The translations under genes and the position numbers were made by a program. Below are positions 56,430-64,000 of a stretch of DNA of 64,000 bases, one piece after another. The notes beneath the pieces are model-generated. The model searched no databases. It was not told where the DNA came from and saw nothing but the letters and a program-made list of their open reading frames with translations. The DNA lies in IMG/VR virus record IMGVR_UViG_3300017605_000342, positions 64,001 through 128,000 of that record; one strand, given 5' to 3'. Each line of letters begins with the position of its first letter. The stretch's first letter is position 1. This DNA comes from a virus.

Positions 56430-57716
56430 TTAGTAACCTACCTGTTTTCTACTTTTGTAAAAGTTTATGTTTGATGCAGAAACAAACGGAGACAAACTAG
56501 CCGCTGTTACACGTATGTCATCAAACCACATGGTGTGTGCGTTAGTTGCCGAACTATCCAAGTCTATAGTAGTGATTGAAGCATAGCTGCCGGTATTAAC
56601 AGTATTCCAAGGGGTCCATGATCCACCGTCGATTCGCGCCCTATACTGATTCGGCTGGTTAGTGTTATCAAACTGCATCTCGCATTGATACCACGTATCA
56701 GCCGAATAAGCTTGAATCGTTTCGTACACCCCACCGCTATCGTCATACGTTTCTATGTTACCTGTTGGGCCGAATCTAATATACATCCGACCACCAGTAT
56801 TACCAATCGATGACCTTAACGTCACACCTATATTGTCATTAGGATTGGTGATACTGATACGCATTCTCCAAGAAACGCTTCCCGCAGAAAGCGGGGCAAT
56901 TTCTCGGTAGTAATGAGTTTCAGTAGTTGTATTGGCCCGTACCGCTTTGCCGCCTTGACCACCGGATGGAGCAACTTCAACACTCTTATGACCAGTCGTT
57001 GGAGTAGACCAGCCCGTTAAAAACGCAGCCCAAGGACTCACCCAATTCGCACCGTCAGACAAACCAACCAATTCGGCACCAGTCGCGTAACTATCAAAAG
57101 AATCTGCCGCCACCCACGAAGTTCCTAATGCTACTGATCGGATGTCATCAACATAGGCAACTGCATTAAATCCAGTCTCAGCATCAATGTGAAACCGTGA
57201 AATGCTGGCGTAAGATCCACCGTCTACAGACTTAAAAGCACTCCAGTAAGAATCATTGATTCGAACTCGATACAAACCAGGATGGTCAGTATTATCAAAG
57301 TGAACCACAATGGTATACCAAGTATTGGCGGCGTATGTTTGTAAAGTATCGTAGACGACGGTATTCCCATTCCATATCTTGATGGTTCCGTCAGACGCAA
57401 AGTTCACAAACATCTTACCGTTTGTACTGTCATCCAATACGATCTTAAAATCACCGCTTGGGGACGCGGAATCCAGCCGTACTCTGTAAGAAACAAACCC
57501 TTGCGTAATAGCAGTCATACTACGATGGTACTCTGAAAGTGGGTCGGCATTACAACGCACTGCGTTGCCACCCTGTCCGCCACTGGGAGCCGTTTCGATG
57601 GTCAACACACCAGCCACTTGCGTCCATGCGGAAGTCCAGTTGCTACCACCATTCTTGCCGTTTAGGTCATTTGTTAGTGTGTAGCTATCAAAGTCATCTG
57701 TTGCAATCCAAGCCAT
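56430..57716 (-). CDS. Tandem two-domain lectin-like (concanavalin-type) protein
   Basis: Internal ~200-aa duplication: D.FDSY, APSGGQGG, TWY, DDIR each occur twice. Confidence 0.75.
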   Translation of the reverse strand: MAWIATDDFDSYTLTNDLNGKNGGSNWTSAWTQVAGVLTIETAPSGGQGGNAVRCNADPLSEYHRSMTAITQGFVSYRVRLDSASPSGDFKIVLDDSTNGKMFVNFASDGTIKIWNGNTVVYDTLQTYAANTWYTIVVHFDNTDHPGLYRVRINDSYWSAFKSVDGGSYASISRFHIDAETGFNAVAYVDDIRSVALGTSWVAADSFDSYATGAELVGLSDGANWVSPWAAFLTGWSTPTTGHKSVEVAPSGGQGGKAVRANTTTETHYYREIAPLSAGSVSWRMRISITNPNDNIGVTLRSSIGNTGGRMYIRFGPTGNIETYDDSGGVYETIQAYSADTWYQCEMQFDNTNQPNQYRARIDGGSWTPWNTVNTGSYASITTIDLDSSATNAHTMWFDDIRVTAASLSPFVSASNINFYKSRKQVGY

Positions 57717-57997
57717 TATCTAAGTACCGATATCTTACCGTTCTCAAAATCTTCCATACGTTTCTCAAATGGGTAACATTTTGCAATACATGCGGGCGCA
57801 CCACAAAGCCAAGAATCGCACTTAGTGCAATAACCGCGTAATACACCACTACCTTTCACAGAAATACAGTGTTTATGGCAATGACCACATTGAAGTGTCT
57901 GCGCGATTTCCTCGCCATCTGCGAGGATATATCCTGACGGTTTTCTGCTTGTTGTGGCAGATTCACCGGGTTCGAGGATTAGTTTGCCTTCCGCCAT
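57716..57997 (-). CDS. Cys-rich zinc-binding protein
   Basis: TLQCGHC, KGSG..RGYCTKC, LCG..C...C.PFEK. Confidence 0.7.
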   Translation of the reverse strand: MAEGKLILEPGESATTSRKPSGYILADGEEIAQTLQCGHCHKHCISVKGSGVLRGYCTKCDSWLCGAPACIAKCYPFEKRMEDFENGKISVLR

Positions 57998-58140
57998 TAC
58001 CCAATTCTCCAATTAGTTCCCCAACTGTGGGATATGGACTTTTTCTTACCACTAGCCAACATAGCTTCCTGAGTTCTGCGATAAGCTTTTTCTTCTTCTG
58101 TAAGGGGAAATAATGCGGCTGTAAAAACACATACTATCAT
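57997..58140 (-). CDS. Small hypothetical protein
   Basis: Fills the gap; TAATG coupling. Confidence 0.4.
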   Translation of the reverse strand: MIVCVFTAALFPLTEEEKAYRRTQEAMLASGKKKSISHSWGTNWRIG

Positions 58141-58141
58141 G

Positions 58142-58351
58142 TTAACCTGCCTTTTGTTTTTGAAGCATGTAGTTGTTAAATGCGCGGTTTTTCTCGGCAC
58201 ATAAAACACAATGCATATCTTGGTTTATCTTGGTGTCTAGGCCACAAGACATACATTTGTGGGGTTGTGGGGTTGGTTCAACTAGTATGATGTTTTGAAA
58301 CTTTTCGTCATCTATCTGATTGTTCTGTTTAAGGTAGATCGGTTGTGACAT
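58142..58351 (-). CDS. Small zinc-finger protein
   Basis: CMSCG...CVLC. Confidence 0.5.
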   Translation of the reverse strand: MSQPIYLKQNNQIDDEKFQNIILVEPTPQPHKCMSCGLDTKINQDMHCVLCAEKNRAFNNYMLQKQKAG

Positions 58352-58676
58352 CACGTTCTTCTTTCTTATGCTTTTTACTATAAACAGCCACCGAATCTGG
58401 AAGTGGGGCCTTAGGGTACTTCTCTTTGAAAGCATCCAAATAACAGTCAACACAATACTCTGCGAAAATTGATTCTCTACCATTTACACCCAAAACAGGT
58501 CTTAAATGGAAGTGGTGTGGGACTGGAGATTGAAACCCATTTCCCTGCATATTTAGGTACTGTTCTAGAGTATCTCCACACGCATTACATGAACGTCCTG
58601 CTGTCGTGTTTTCGCGCCATCCTGCACAGATCTCACAAGCACCATCCTGCTCGTCGATCAAAACTGGTCTTACCAT
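58329..58676 (-). CDS. Cys-rich zinc-binding protein
   Basis: CEIC, CNAC, CVDC; AAGGA RBS. Confidence 0.6.
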   Translation of the reverse strand: MVRPVLIDEQDGACEICAGWRENTTAGRSCNACGDTLEQYLNMQGNGFQSPVPHHFHLRPVLGVNGRESIFAEYCVDCYLDAFKEKYPKAPLPDSVAVYSKKHKKEERDVTTDLP

Positions 58677-58694
58677 TTGATATCCTTTGAAATA

Positions 58695-58767
58695 AATTGA
58701 GGTGTCATTGCTTACGATTGCCAGCCATTGTAGGCGTATGATCTTACTCGCTGGCGCAACCCCAATT
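58695..58767 (-). ncRNA. Candidate structured RNA element
   Basis: Nested stems AATTGGGGT/ACCTCAATT, TGC/GCA, GCCAGC/GCTGGC fill the intergenic gap. Confidence 0.45.
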
Positions 58768-58770
58768 CAA

Positions 58771-59220
58771 TTACTCTTCGAACAAAATTGTGTAGGTCAT
58801 TGCAACAGCAGACCCACCGATAGCGTTCTGTAATAGCCCGATACCGTTAGATGCTGTAGACGGTGCTTTCAACTCACTTCCCGGTGCAGCGACCCAACGG
58901 AATGTCGCACGTTGGTTTGTTGCAAAACGAAGTAAGATTGTGTTTGCGGTGTAGGTAGGTTCTACAGAGTGGTTAACCTTCACCACAGATGTACCTGCCG
59001 GATCACCAGAATCTAGCGCTGCGTAGGTAAAGGTTGTACCAGTACCGTCAGCAGTGTAACGCTGTAGGATGTACTCACCAGCGTTGTCGGCGGGTGTTGC
59101 TACCGAACCCACCAACACGTCATAAATTAACGGACGAACTGCTGCTGTCGCTGTGATAGAAATCGCAGACGTGCTAGCAGTGTTTGTATCCGTAGTTGCT
59201 ACTGAATATTTTCTTGCCAT
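58771..59220 (-). CDS. 149-aa Thr/Ala-rich structural protein, candidate high-copy subunit
   Basis: ATPADNA, NQRATFRWVAAPGSEL; strong AGGAG RBS; 3' stem-loop. Confidence 0.7.
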   Translation of the reverse strand: MARKYSVATTDTNTASTSAISITATAAVRPLIYDVLVGSVATPADNAGEYILQRYTADGTGTTFTYAALDSGDPAGTSVVKVNHSVEPTYTANTILLRFATNQRATFRWVAAPGSELKAPSTASNGIGLLQNAIGGSAVAMTYTILFEE

Positions 59221-59243
59221 AATAGTTTATTAGCTCTCCTAAA

Positions 59244-59423
59244 TTAACATTCAAAAAATTCTACACGGTCATCTTGTAGAAAATTATCAAACCCATCTGT
59301 TATGCGGGCTATTTCATTCTGATAGCAAAACTCTATCAATTCTAATGCTTCAGCCATTGACACGACCGGACTGACAATTCTAACCACAACTTTGGTTGAT
59401 TTCGAATCGGTAATCTTTTCCAA
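59244..59423 (-). CDS. Small hypothetical protein
   Basis: TTG start after GAGG RBS; start uncertain. Confidence 0.35.
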   Translation of the reverse strand: MEKITDSKSTKVVVRIVSPVVSMAEALELIEFCYQNEIARITDGFDNFLQDDRVEFFEC

Positions 59424-59676
59424 TGAATTCCTCACCAAGGTACTCGTACAATGCTTTGAAGTTCTTGGAAAATGCATCGCGCATTCTCTCAGCGACTAAC
59501 GTAGATGCACTCTGTGTATCAACGTGACAGTCTAAACAGTAAAACTGTGTGCAATACTTACAGTACTCTAGGTGCGGGTGCAGACACGGTGCGTACTGTT
59601 CCGGGTGTTTGTGCTTCTCACTCTGACTAATTGGGGTATAGTTGGCTCCCCACGCGCCATAAAACATATTAAACAT
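59380..59676 (-). CDS. Cys-rich hypothetical protein
   Basis: CLH...CKYC..FYCLDC. Confidence 0.55.
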   Translation of the reverse strand: MFNMFYGAWGANYTPISQSEKHKHPEQYAPCLHPHLEYCKYCTQFYCLDCHVDTQSASTLVAERMRDAFSKNFKALYEYLGEEFIGKDYRFEINQSCG

Positions 59677-59899
59677 TGTAATTCTCTACTTCCTTTCGCA
59701 AGATTTCCTTGAGTTCGATTTCAGAAGTAACCCCGGCTGTAAACTCTGCAATTTGATGGTCGATTGTTTCGGATAACTCACTAACAGCCTTAGGTGGCGA
59801 CCACGTAAATGGTACAAACCAGTCTTGAAATTCATTAAGGGAAGTCTCTCCAAAGATATACTTTTGTAGTTCAAACACTAACAAGTCGGCTTGTTTCAT
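59669..59899 (-). CDS. Small acidic helical protein
   Basis: GETSLNEFQDWF...SEIELKEILR. Confidence 0.55.
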   Translation of the reverse strand: MKQADLLVFELQKYIFGETSLNEFQDWFVPFTWSPPKAVSELSETIDHQIAEFTAGVTSEIELKEILRKEVENYNV

Positions 59900-59904
59900 T
59901 TTGT

Positions 59905-59978
59905 TGGTCTGGGTAGCTGGAATCGAACCAGCTCTTCATGATCCCAAGTCACGGGTGCAACCATTACACCATACCCAG
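59905..59978 (-). tRNA. tRNA-Pro(TGG)
   Basis: CTGGGTA/TACCCAG acceptor, C1-G72, A73, loop CTTGGGA, TTCGATT, CCA. Confidence 0.92.
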
Positions 59979-60124
59979 ATATGTCGGGTATGGGTTGGGG
60001 TTCTCAGGATTTGTCATTGTGATATTCCTTCCACTTTTTCATAGTATCTGGTCTTGAGAGATACATGAACTTCCAATATGCTTTAAAACAAAACTTACAG
60101 CGTGGGCCTTCTTTGCAAGGCACG

Positions 60125-60259
60125 TTATGAACGACTGCCACTTTTCTTTTTGTCCTTAGCTTTGACGACTTTGATGCCGCCGTCTTTCTTGAACTGCTCG
60201 TAAATTTCTGGCTTATGTTCTTTAAGCCAAGTACGCTGTTTACGTGAATAAAATGTCAT
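60125..60259 (-). CDS. 44-aa basic microprotein (paralog of the adjacent 37-aa gene; not in ORF track)
   Basis: MTFYSRKQRTWLKEHKPEIYEQFKKDGG...; ATGA overlap. Confidence 0.65.
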   Translation of the reverse strand: MTFYSRKQRTWLKEHKPEIYEQFKKDGGIKVVKAKDKKKSGSRS

Positions 60260-60369
60260 TTGCGTTTACCACGGCGAACCTTGGTGCCGTACTTCTTTGC
60301 CCAACGTTTCGCAATTTTCGGAAGCTTTGCAAACATGTAACGACGTTGTTTAGCAGACTTAAATGGCAT
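60256..60369 (-). CDS. 37-aa basic microprotein, MPFKSxKQRR type (not in ORF track)
   Basis: MPFKSAKQRRYMFAKLPKIAKRWAKKYGTKVRRGKRK. Confidence 0.75.
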   Translation of the reverse strand: MPFKSAKQRRYMFAKLPKIAKRWAKKYGTKVRRGKRK

Positions 60370-60370
60370 C

Positions 60371-60511
60371 CTAGACCTTCTTTACAGTCAAAAGTTTTAG
60401 AAAATTACTATCTATTATTTCTTCTAAGATATATTCAAGTTCTTTATACGTTGCCACTAACTTTGTACATTCGCGTGAAGTTTGCAGCTCCATATAAATG
60501 ATTTCATACAT
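60371..60511 (-). CDS. 46-aa hypothetical protein (not in ORF track)
   Basis: GAGG RBS; MYEIIYMELQ...TVKKV fills the gap. Confidence 0.45.
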   Translation of the reverse strand: MYEIIYMELQTSRECTKLVATYKELEYILEEIIDSNFLKLLTVKKV

Positions 60512-60521
60512 CTTAGTAACC

Positions 60522-60947
60522 TCATGATTTTTTACTCGGTTTGATGTACTGCACGGATGCTGGCAATGGTGAATCTTTTTCCCAAAATGCTAGTCTAGTT
60601 TGATTTTTGTTTACGCTGAGTATTCCTGTTACGCAGTGGTTATGGCGTCTATGGTCTTGAAAGTCGCAGTGTGACATCACAGTGTCATCGTCTGGATGAC
60701 TATGAATATCGCCGATTACTACCATGCCCCATTCTCTTGCGCGGGCATGCACTGTCTCAACAGCACCACGAACTGTTTCGATATTACCCGGAGTCTTTGT
60801 CGCTAGCTCCGGGTAAATCCATCTATGTACCTCAACTAATGAGGGTGATATCCGATATCCAAGCAACATTGCATACTCTTCATCCAGCGACCGAATACAC
60901 TTGCGGCGAAAGTAGTCAAGATGATGCCGTTTTAACCGGACTATCAT
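60522..60947 (-). CDS. JAB/MPN+ (JAMM) metallo-isopeptidase
   Basis: E..AMLLG and GDIHSHPDDDTVMSHCD = HxH-x7-S-x2-D. Confidence 0.85.
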   Translation of the reverse strand: MIVRLKRHHLDYFRRKCIRSLDEEYAMLLGYRISPSLVEVHRWIYPELATKTPGNIETVRGAVETVHARAREWGMVVIGDIHSHPDDDTVMSHCDFQDHRRHNHCVTGILSVNKNQTRLAFWEKDSPLPASVQYIKPSKKS

Positions 60948-60949
60948 AC

Positions 60950-61267
60950 TTACTGTCTGAATACTAAAATCACATCAGAGGTTTTAACATCCGGTAGGGT
61001 TTCTAACGGAGTTGTAGGACGATCTTCTGTTAACAGTGCCACTACAGCGTATGCGGCACCGATAGTGCCCGTCTCATCGCCAAAATGACAAGACACTGCC
61101 CAATGGCCACCATGCTTTTCTACTTCACGCTGCAAGTACCATTTGTTGTCAGCAGCCTGTACATAGACCTGCACAGGGAGTTTAGCTGGAGTAACTTTAC
61201 CACACACTGTGAACTCAAAGCCCACAGTGTCAAACATCTCAGGACTGTCTATTCTTACTTTGCTCAT
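60950..61267 (-). CDS. Single Ig-like domain protein
   Basis: IDSP, TVCGKV, WYLQ, GHW...HFG, YAVVA. Confidence 0.55.
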   Translation of the reverse strand: MSKVRIDSPEMFDTVGFEFTVCGKVTPAKLPVQVYVQAADNKWYLQREVEKHGGHWAVSCHFGDETGTIGAAYAVVALLTEDRPTTPLETLPDVKTSDVILVFRQ

Positions 61268-62326
61268 TTAATCCGTCCTTATGTCATCTTCATTACGACT
61301 CTTAAAGTATGCTCTAATCTTGTCGCGTAAGATAACATTACGATCAGTTAAAGTGTACAATCCCTGAACATCTTTCTTCAGGTCTAACTGGTAGTTGAAC
61401 TGCTCATCTACCAGAATTTTCCAACGGCTGTTATAGCGTCTGTTACGCTTTGGTCCGTGGAAGTAATGCAGGACCAAACCAGGTGTATATCCGATGTTCT
61501 GCTTAATGTGCAGATCACATCGATTCTGCCATTCCTGCCAGTAATCTTTAAATGTCTGGTGCATTCCTCCATGAATGGACTCTTGCACTTTCCCAATTAG
61601 GGCAGTTGCTTGGTGATGGTCCCCAGATCCCAATATCGCAACGTCTCCCAAACCACCCAAGTCAGCCAACGCTGACCTACGATATGCCCAAGAATAACCG
61701 CTGTGAAAGGCAGCTCCACCACTACCATATGGATAGTTCCAATGCCCCTGTTCTTGCTTCTTTGTGTTAACACGTGTGGGTTGTTTATGCCCGTGCATCC
61801 AATCAAAGACAAAACCCGTCTGTGTATTTAACGGCTCAAAGTCAGGGTTTAAGTCTGTTGCATAAGAAAACATCTGTACAATTTTGTACGACTGTAGTTG
61901 GTGTAATGTTTCGTTCACCCAATCTGGGCGTGCAAACTCGATGTCTGCGTCAATTGTTGCCACATACTCCCAATCTGCGGGTAGTCTCTGAATAGCTAAG
62001 TTTAGCAACAGCTCTTTAGACCAGATTTCAGATGTTGTGCGCAACTGAATGTGGTGTGGATTATCTGGTTCAGTTACTTCAAAAGCACGATCACGCAACG
62101 CAAGCTCAATGGTGTACAGAATACCACCAGCATTCTCAACCATCTGTTCAAACGCGTGATACAACTTATATCGCGTGTAGTAACGTGGCGGATTAAAGAT
62201 AGCGGTCACCACGTACAATGGAGAAACAATCGGCGTAACATGATGCTGACGACGTGCAGGATCGTTTCTATAAGGATCAATCTGCTGAATCTTTTCTACA
62301 TGTCTTGAGGGTGTAATATATTTCAT
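61268..62326 (-). CDS. GT-A fold glycosyltransferase-like protein
   Basis: WSKELLLNLAI, YVATIDADIEF (DxD), GSGD, LHYFHG. Confidence 0.65.
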   Translation of the reverse strand: MKYITPSRHVEKIQQIDPYRNDPARRQHHVTPIVSPLYVVTAIFNPPRYYTRYKLYHAFEQMVENAGGILYTIELALRDRAFEVTEPDNPHHIQLRTTSEIWSKELLLNLAIQRLPADWEYVATIDADIEFARPDWVNETLHQLQSYKIVQMFSYATDLNPDFEPLNTQTGFVFDWMHGHKQPTRVNTKKQEQGHWNYPYGSGGAAFHSGYSWAYRRSALADLGGLGDVAILGSGDHHQATALIGKVQESIHGGMHQTFKDYWQEWQNRCDLHIKQNIGYTPGLVLHYFHGPKRNRRYNSRWKILVDEQFNYQLDLKKDVQGLYTLTDRNVILRDKIRAYFKSRNEDDIRTD

Positions 62327-63651
62327 TAAATACCACGTTCGTTACAATAGATATATTTATTTTCCGGCTGGTTTAATAACATTGCTGCCAATGCTAGTGA
62401 AATAACACAGTCGTCAAACTTTTGTCTACCTCTTGGAGCACTATATTGAACAACACCGCCCGGTGTTATGTGGATCTCATAATCTTCCAACTCTCGCATC
62501 AATTCGGGAATATTAGGGTACGTGATCTTGCGTTGCTCAATCATGACGCGTAGATTTTCTATGGCTTCACGTTTAGCGATGTTGGTGTAAAACCGATATG
62601 GAATCACATTCAAACCAGAAACCTGCAAGGTGTTGAATATCGGATCTCCCTGAGAAGTTGCGTCCATTATTAGAATCGCATTATTATAACGACGACATAC
62701 GTCGATAATACGAGTATATTGCAGTTGCCAGTCTATTTCATTAAAACGTTCAAAATAAACAACTCGCCGACGATTAAGGTCTACTACCGTTATAACAGTG
62801 TAGTCGTGTGACCTTGCTAAGTCTAGCCCAACACCATACCTAGTATGCGGGTTAGGCAGCTCTCCGATACCATCCCAAGGACCATGTACGCAGTCCTTGT
62901 AAGTACCGAACACTGTTGAAGCGTTGTCCAAAAACTCTGCTTCAATTTCCTGGCGAAACACCTCTGTGGGCATGTTTCTGCGAGCATCTTCGATGTCTTC
63001 CGGTTTGATCCACGGATTTGCCCACGTGGGCATTCTCATCGAAAACCACTCTGGGTGTGGATCAATCTCGCCTTTGCCTAAACGTTCCTTGTTCCCGCGC
63101 TGGAAGAAATCGTAGAACAAGTTATGCCCTTTAGGGGTTGACAGAAAAATAACTCGACCACGAGTCTGTGTGATAGTCGTTCTAAACGAATCGTAGGCAG
63201 CGTCTTTGATACGCGCCATCTCGTCTGCAACTATTAAGTGAACTCTGAATCCTCGCAGTTTGTCTTCGTCTTCCGCAGTTTTGAACCACATTTCGCTATG
63301 CGGTTCGCCATCAGGCCGAAATAACGTAATCATGTTTTCTTTCTTGGATTCTTCCCAAGAGCCTTTCGGCAACAATTTCTTTACGTAATCTTTTCCAACT
63401 TCTGCCTGCGCGTATGACGGCGCGATCCACCAATTCACCGACTCCGGTGTTTCCCACGCATGCTTTGTGAATACGATACTAGCACCGTAGGATTTTCCTG
63501 CTTTTGATCCCCATGCTCCAACCACGTAGCGGATTTTGGGATCTCTATAAAATGCCATTAGCAACTGAGCTTGACGATCATATAACTCAGGTAAAATTAA
63601 AACTACATCCTTTGCCGCTGGCGGGCGTGGTGGTTGAACTATTCCTTGCAT
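62326..63651 (-). CDS. terL: Terminase large subunit
   Basis: GSKAGKS Walker A, WWIAPSY, LRG, ADE Walker B, STPKG.N.FY, F.QE..AEF, GLDLA, DDCVISLALA. Confidence 0.95.
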   Translation of the reverse strand: MQGIVQPPRPPAAKDVVLILPELYDRQAQLLMAFYRDPKIRYVVGAWGSKAGKSYGASIVFTKHAWETPESVNWWIAPSYAQAEVGKDYVKKLLPKGSWEESKKENMITLFRPDGEPHSEMWFKTAEDEDKLRGFRVHLIVADEMARIKDAAYDSFRTTITQTRGRVIFLSTPKGHNLFYDFFQRGNKERLGKGEIDPHPEWFSMRMPTWANPWIKPEDIEDARRNMPTEVFRQEIEAEFLDNASTVFGTYKDCVHGPWDGIGELPNPHTRYGVGLDLARSHDYTVITVVDLNRRRVVYFERFNEIDWQLQYTRIIDVCRRYNNAILIMDATSQGDPIFNTLQVSGLNVIPYRFYTNIAKREAIENLRVMIEQRKITYPNIPELMRELEDYEIHITPGGVVQYSAPRGRQKFDDCVISLALAAMLLNQPENKYIYCNERGI

Positions 63652-63655
63652 TTAA

Positions 63656-64000
63656 CTACTCCGACGGTACAGTCCCGTCGTCAGACTCCTTAGGCGCTTG
63701 TATCAACGCCTTGTAATGGTATTGCGGACCATCTTCATGAATCTTGTCCACAATTTCTTTGGCTCTGTTCTGGTCTTGTACCGTCTCGGTTACCACAGTC
63801 CCATCGTGAGTATTGACTACTGCGATGTGTACGTATGATGGAGCATGTGCTCCAGCAACGTTCTTAGGCAACCAACCAAAGTCTTGAAGGAGTTTTAACA
63901 TTTGTACTCGCATGTCGAAAATCATCTTACATGCTTGGTTAAATGTAGGCGATCCTTCTCTCGCCTGCTTCTTGTTACGCTCTAAATCTGCTCGCTGTTT
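63656..64000 (-). CDS. 5'-truncated gene upstream of terL (terminase small subunit candidate)
   Basis: Frame is open from the window edge (KQRADLERNKK...) into the 89-aa ORF; assigned by position only. Confidence 0.5.
   Translation of the reverse strand, partial: KQRADLERNKKQAREGSPTFNQACKMIFDMRVQMLKLLQDFGWLPKNVAGAHAPSYVHIAVVNTHDGTVVTETVQDQNRAKEIVDKIHEDGPQYHYKALIQAPKESDDGTVPSE

Larger units (their letters stand above)
1..64000. mobile_element. Segment of a large tailed phage genome (siphovirus-like, Caudoviricetes)
   Basis: TerL, portal, scaffold, capsid, tail tube, frameshifting chaperone and tape measure in canonical order on the - strand; dense overlapping genes; no sheath, integrase or host housekeeping operon seen. 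Confidence 0.95.

Overview
The window is 64 kb of a large tailed dsDNA phage (or prophage) with a siphovirus-type morphogenesis module, arranged as two convergent arms that meet at ~13,585. The + arm (1-13.6 kb) is a glycan/nucleotide cluster: five glycosyltransferase-like genes (including GT9 and an ABO-like GT6), two methyltransferases, three NDP-sugar enzymes, two metallophosphoesterases, tRNA-Ser, thyX and an HNH gene. The - arm (64-13.6 kb) runs: partial TerS candidate, TerL, a ~15.6 kb block separating TerL from portal, portal, scaffold, major capsid, tRNA-Ala, head-tail genes, tail tube, a frameshifting tail chaperone, a 2467-aa tape measure, a promoter-bearing pentapeptide/exonuclease cassette, tail-tip/adhesin genes, then membrane and nucleotide genes. 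Best candidates for undescribed biology: (1) adhesin genes whose boundaries appear to fall inside domains, most clearly a choice-of-anchor-Q-like motif whose second half starts two different downstream proteins; (2) the TerL-portal block, with a 1151-aa D[KR][WY]-repeat protein, a 149-aa gene carrying major-structural-gene signals and several lectin/beta-helix proteins, possibly a second appendage assembly line; (3) a large glycosylation toolkit with two GT genes translationally coupled to terminase and portal. All family calls come from motif recognition by eye; no searches were run.
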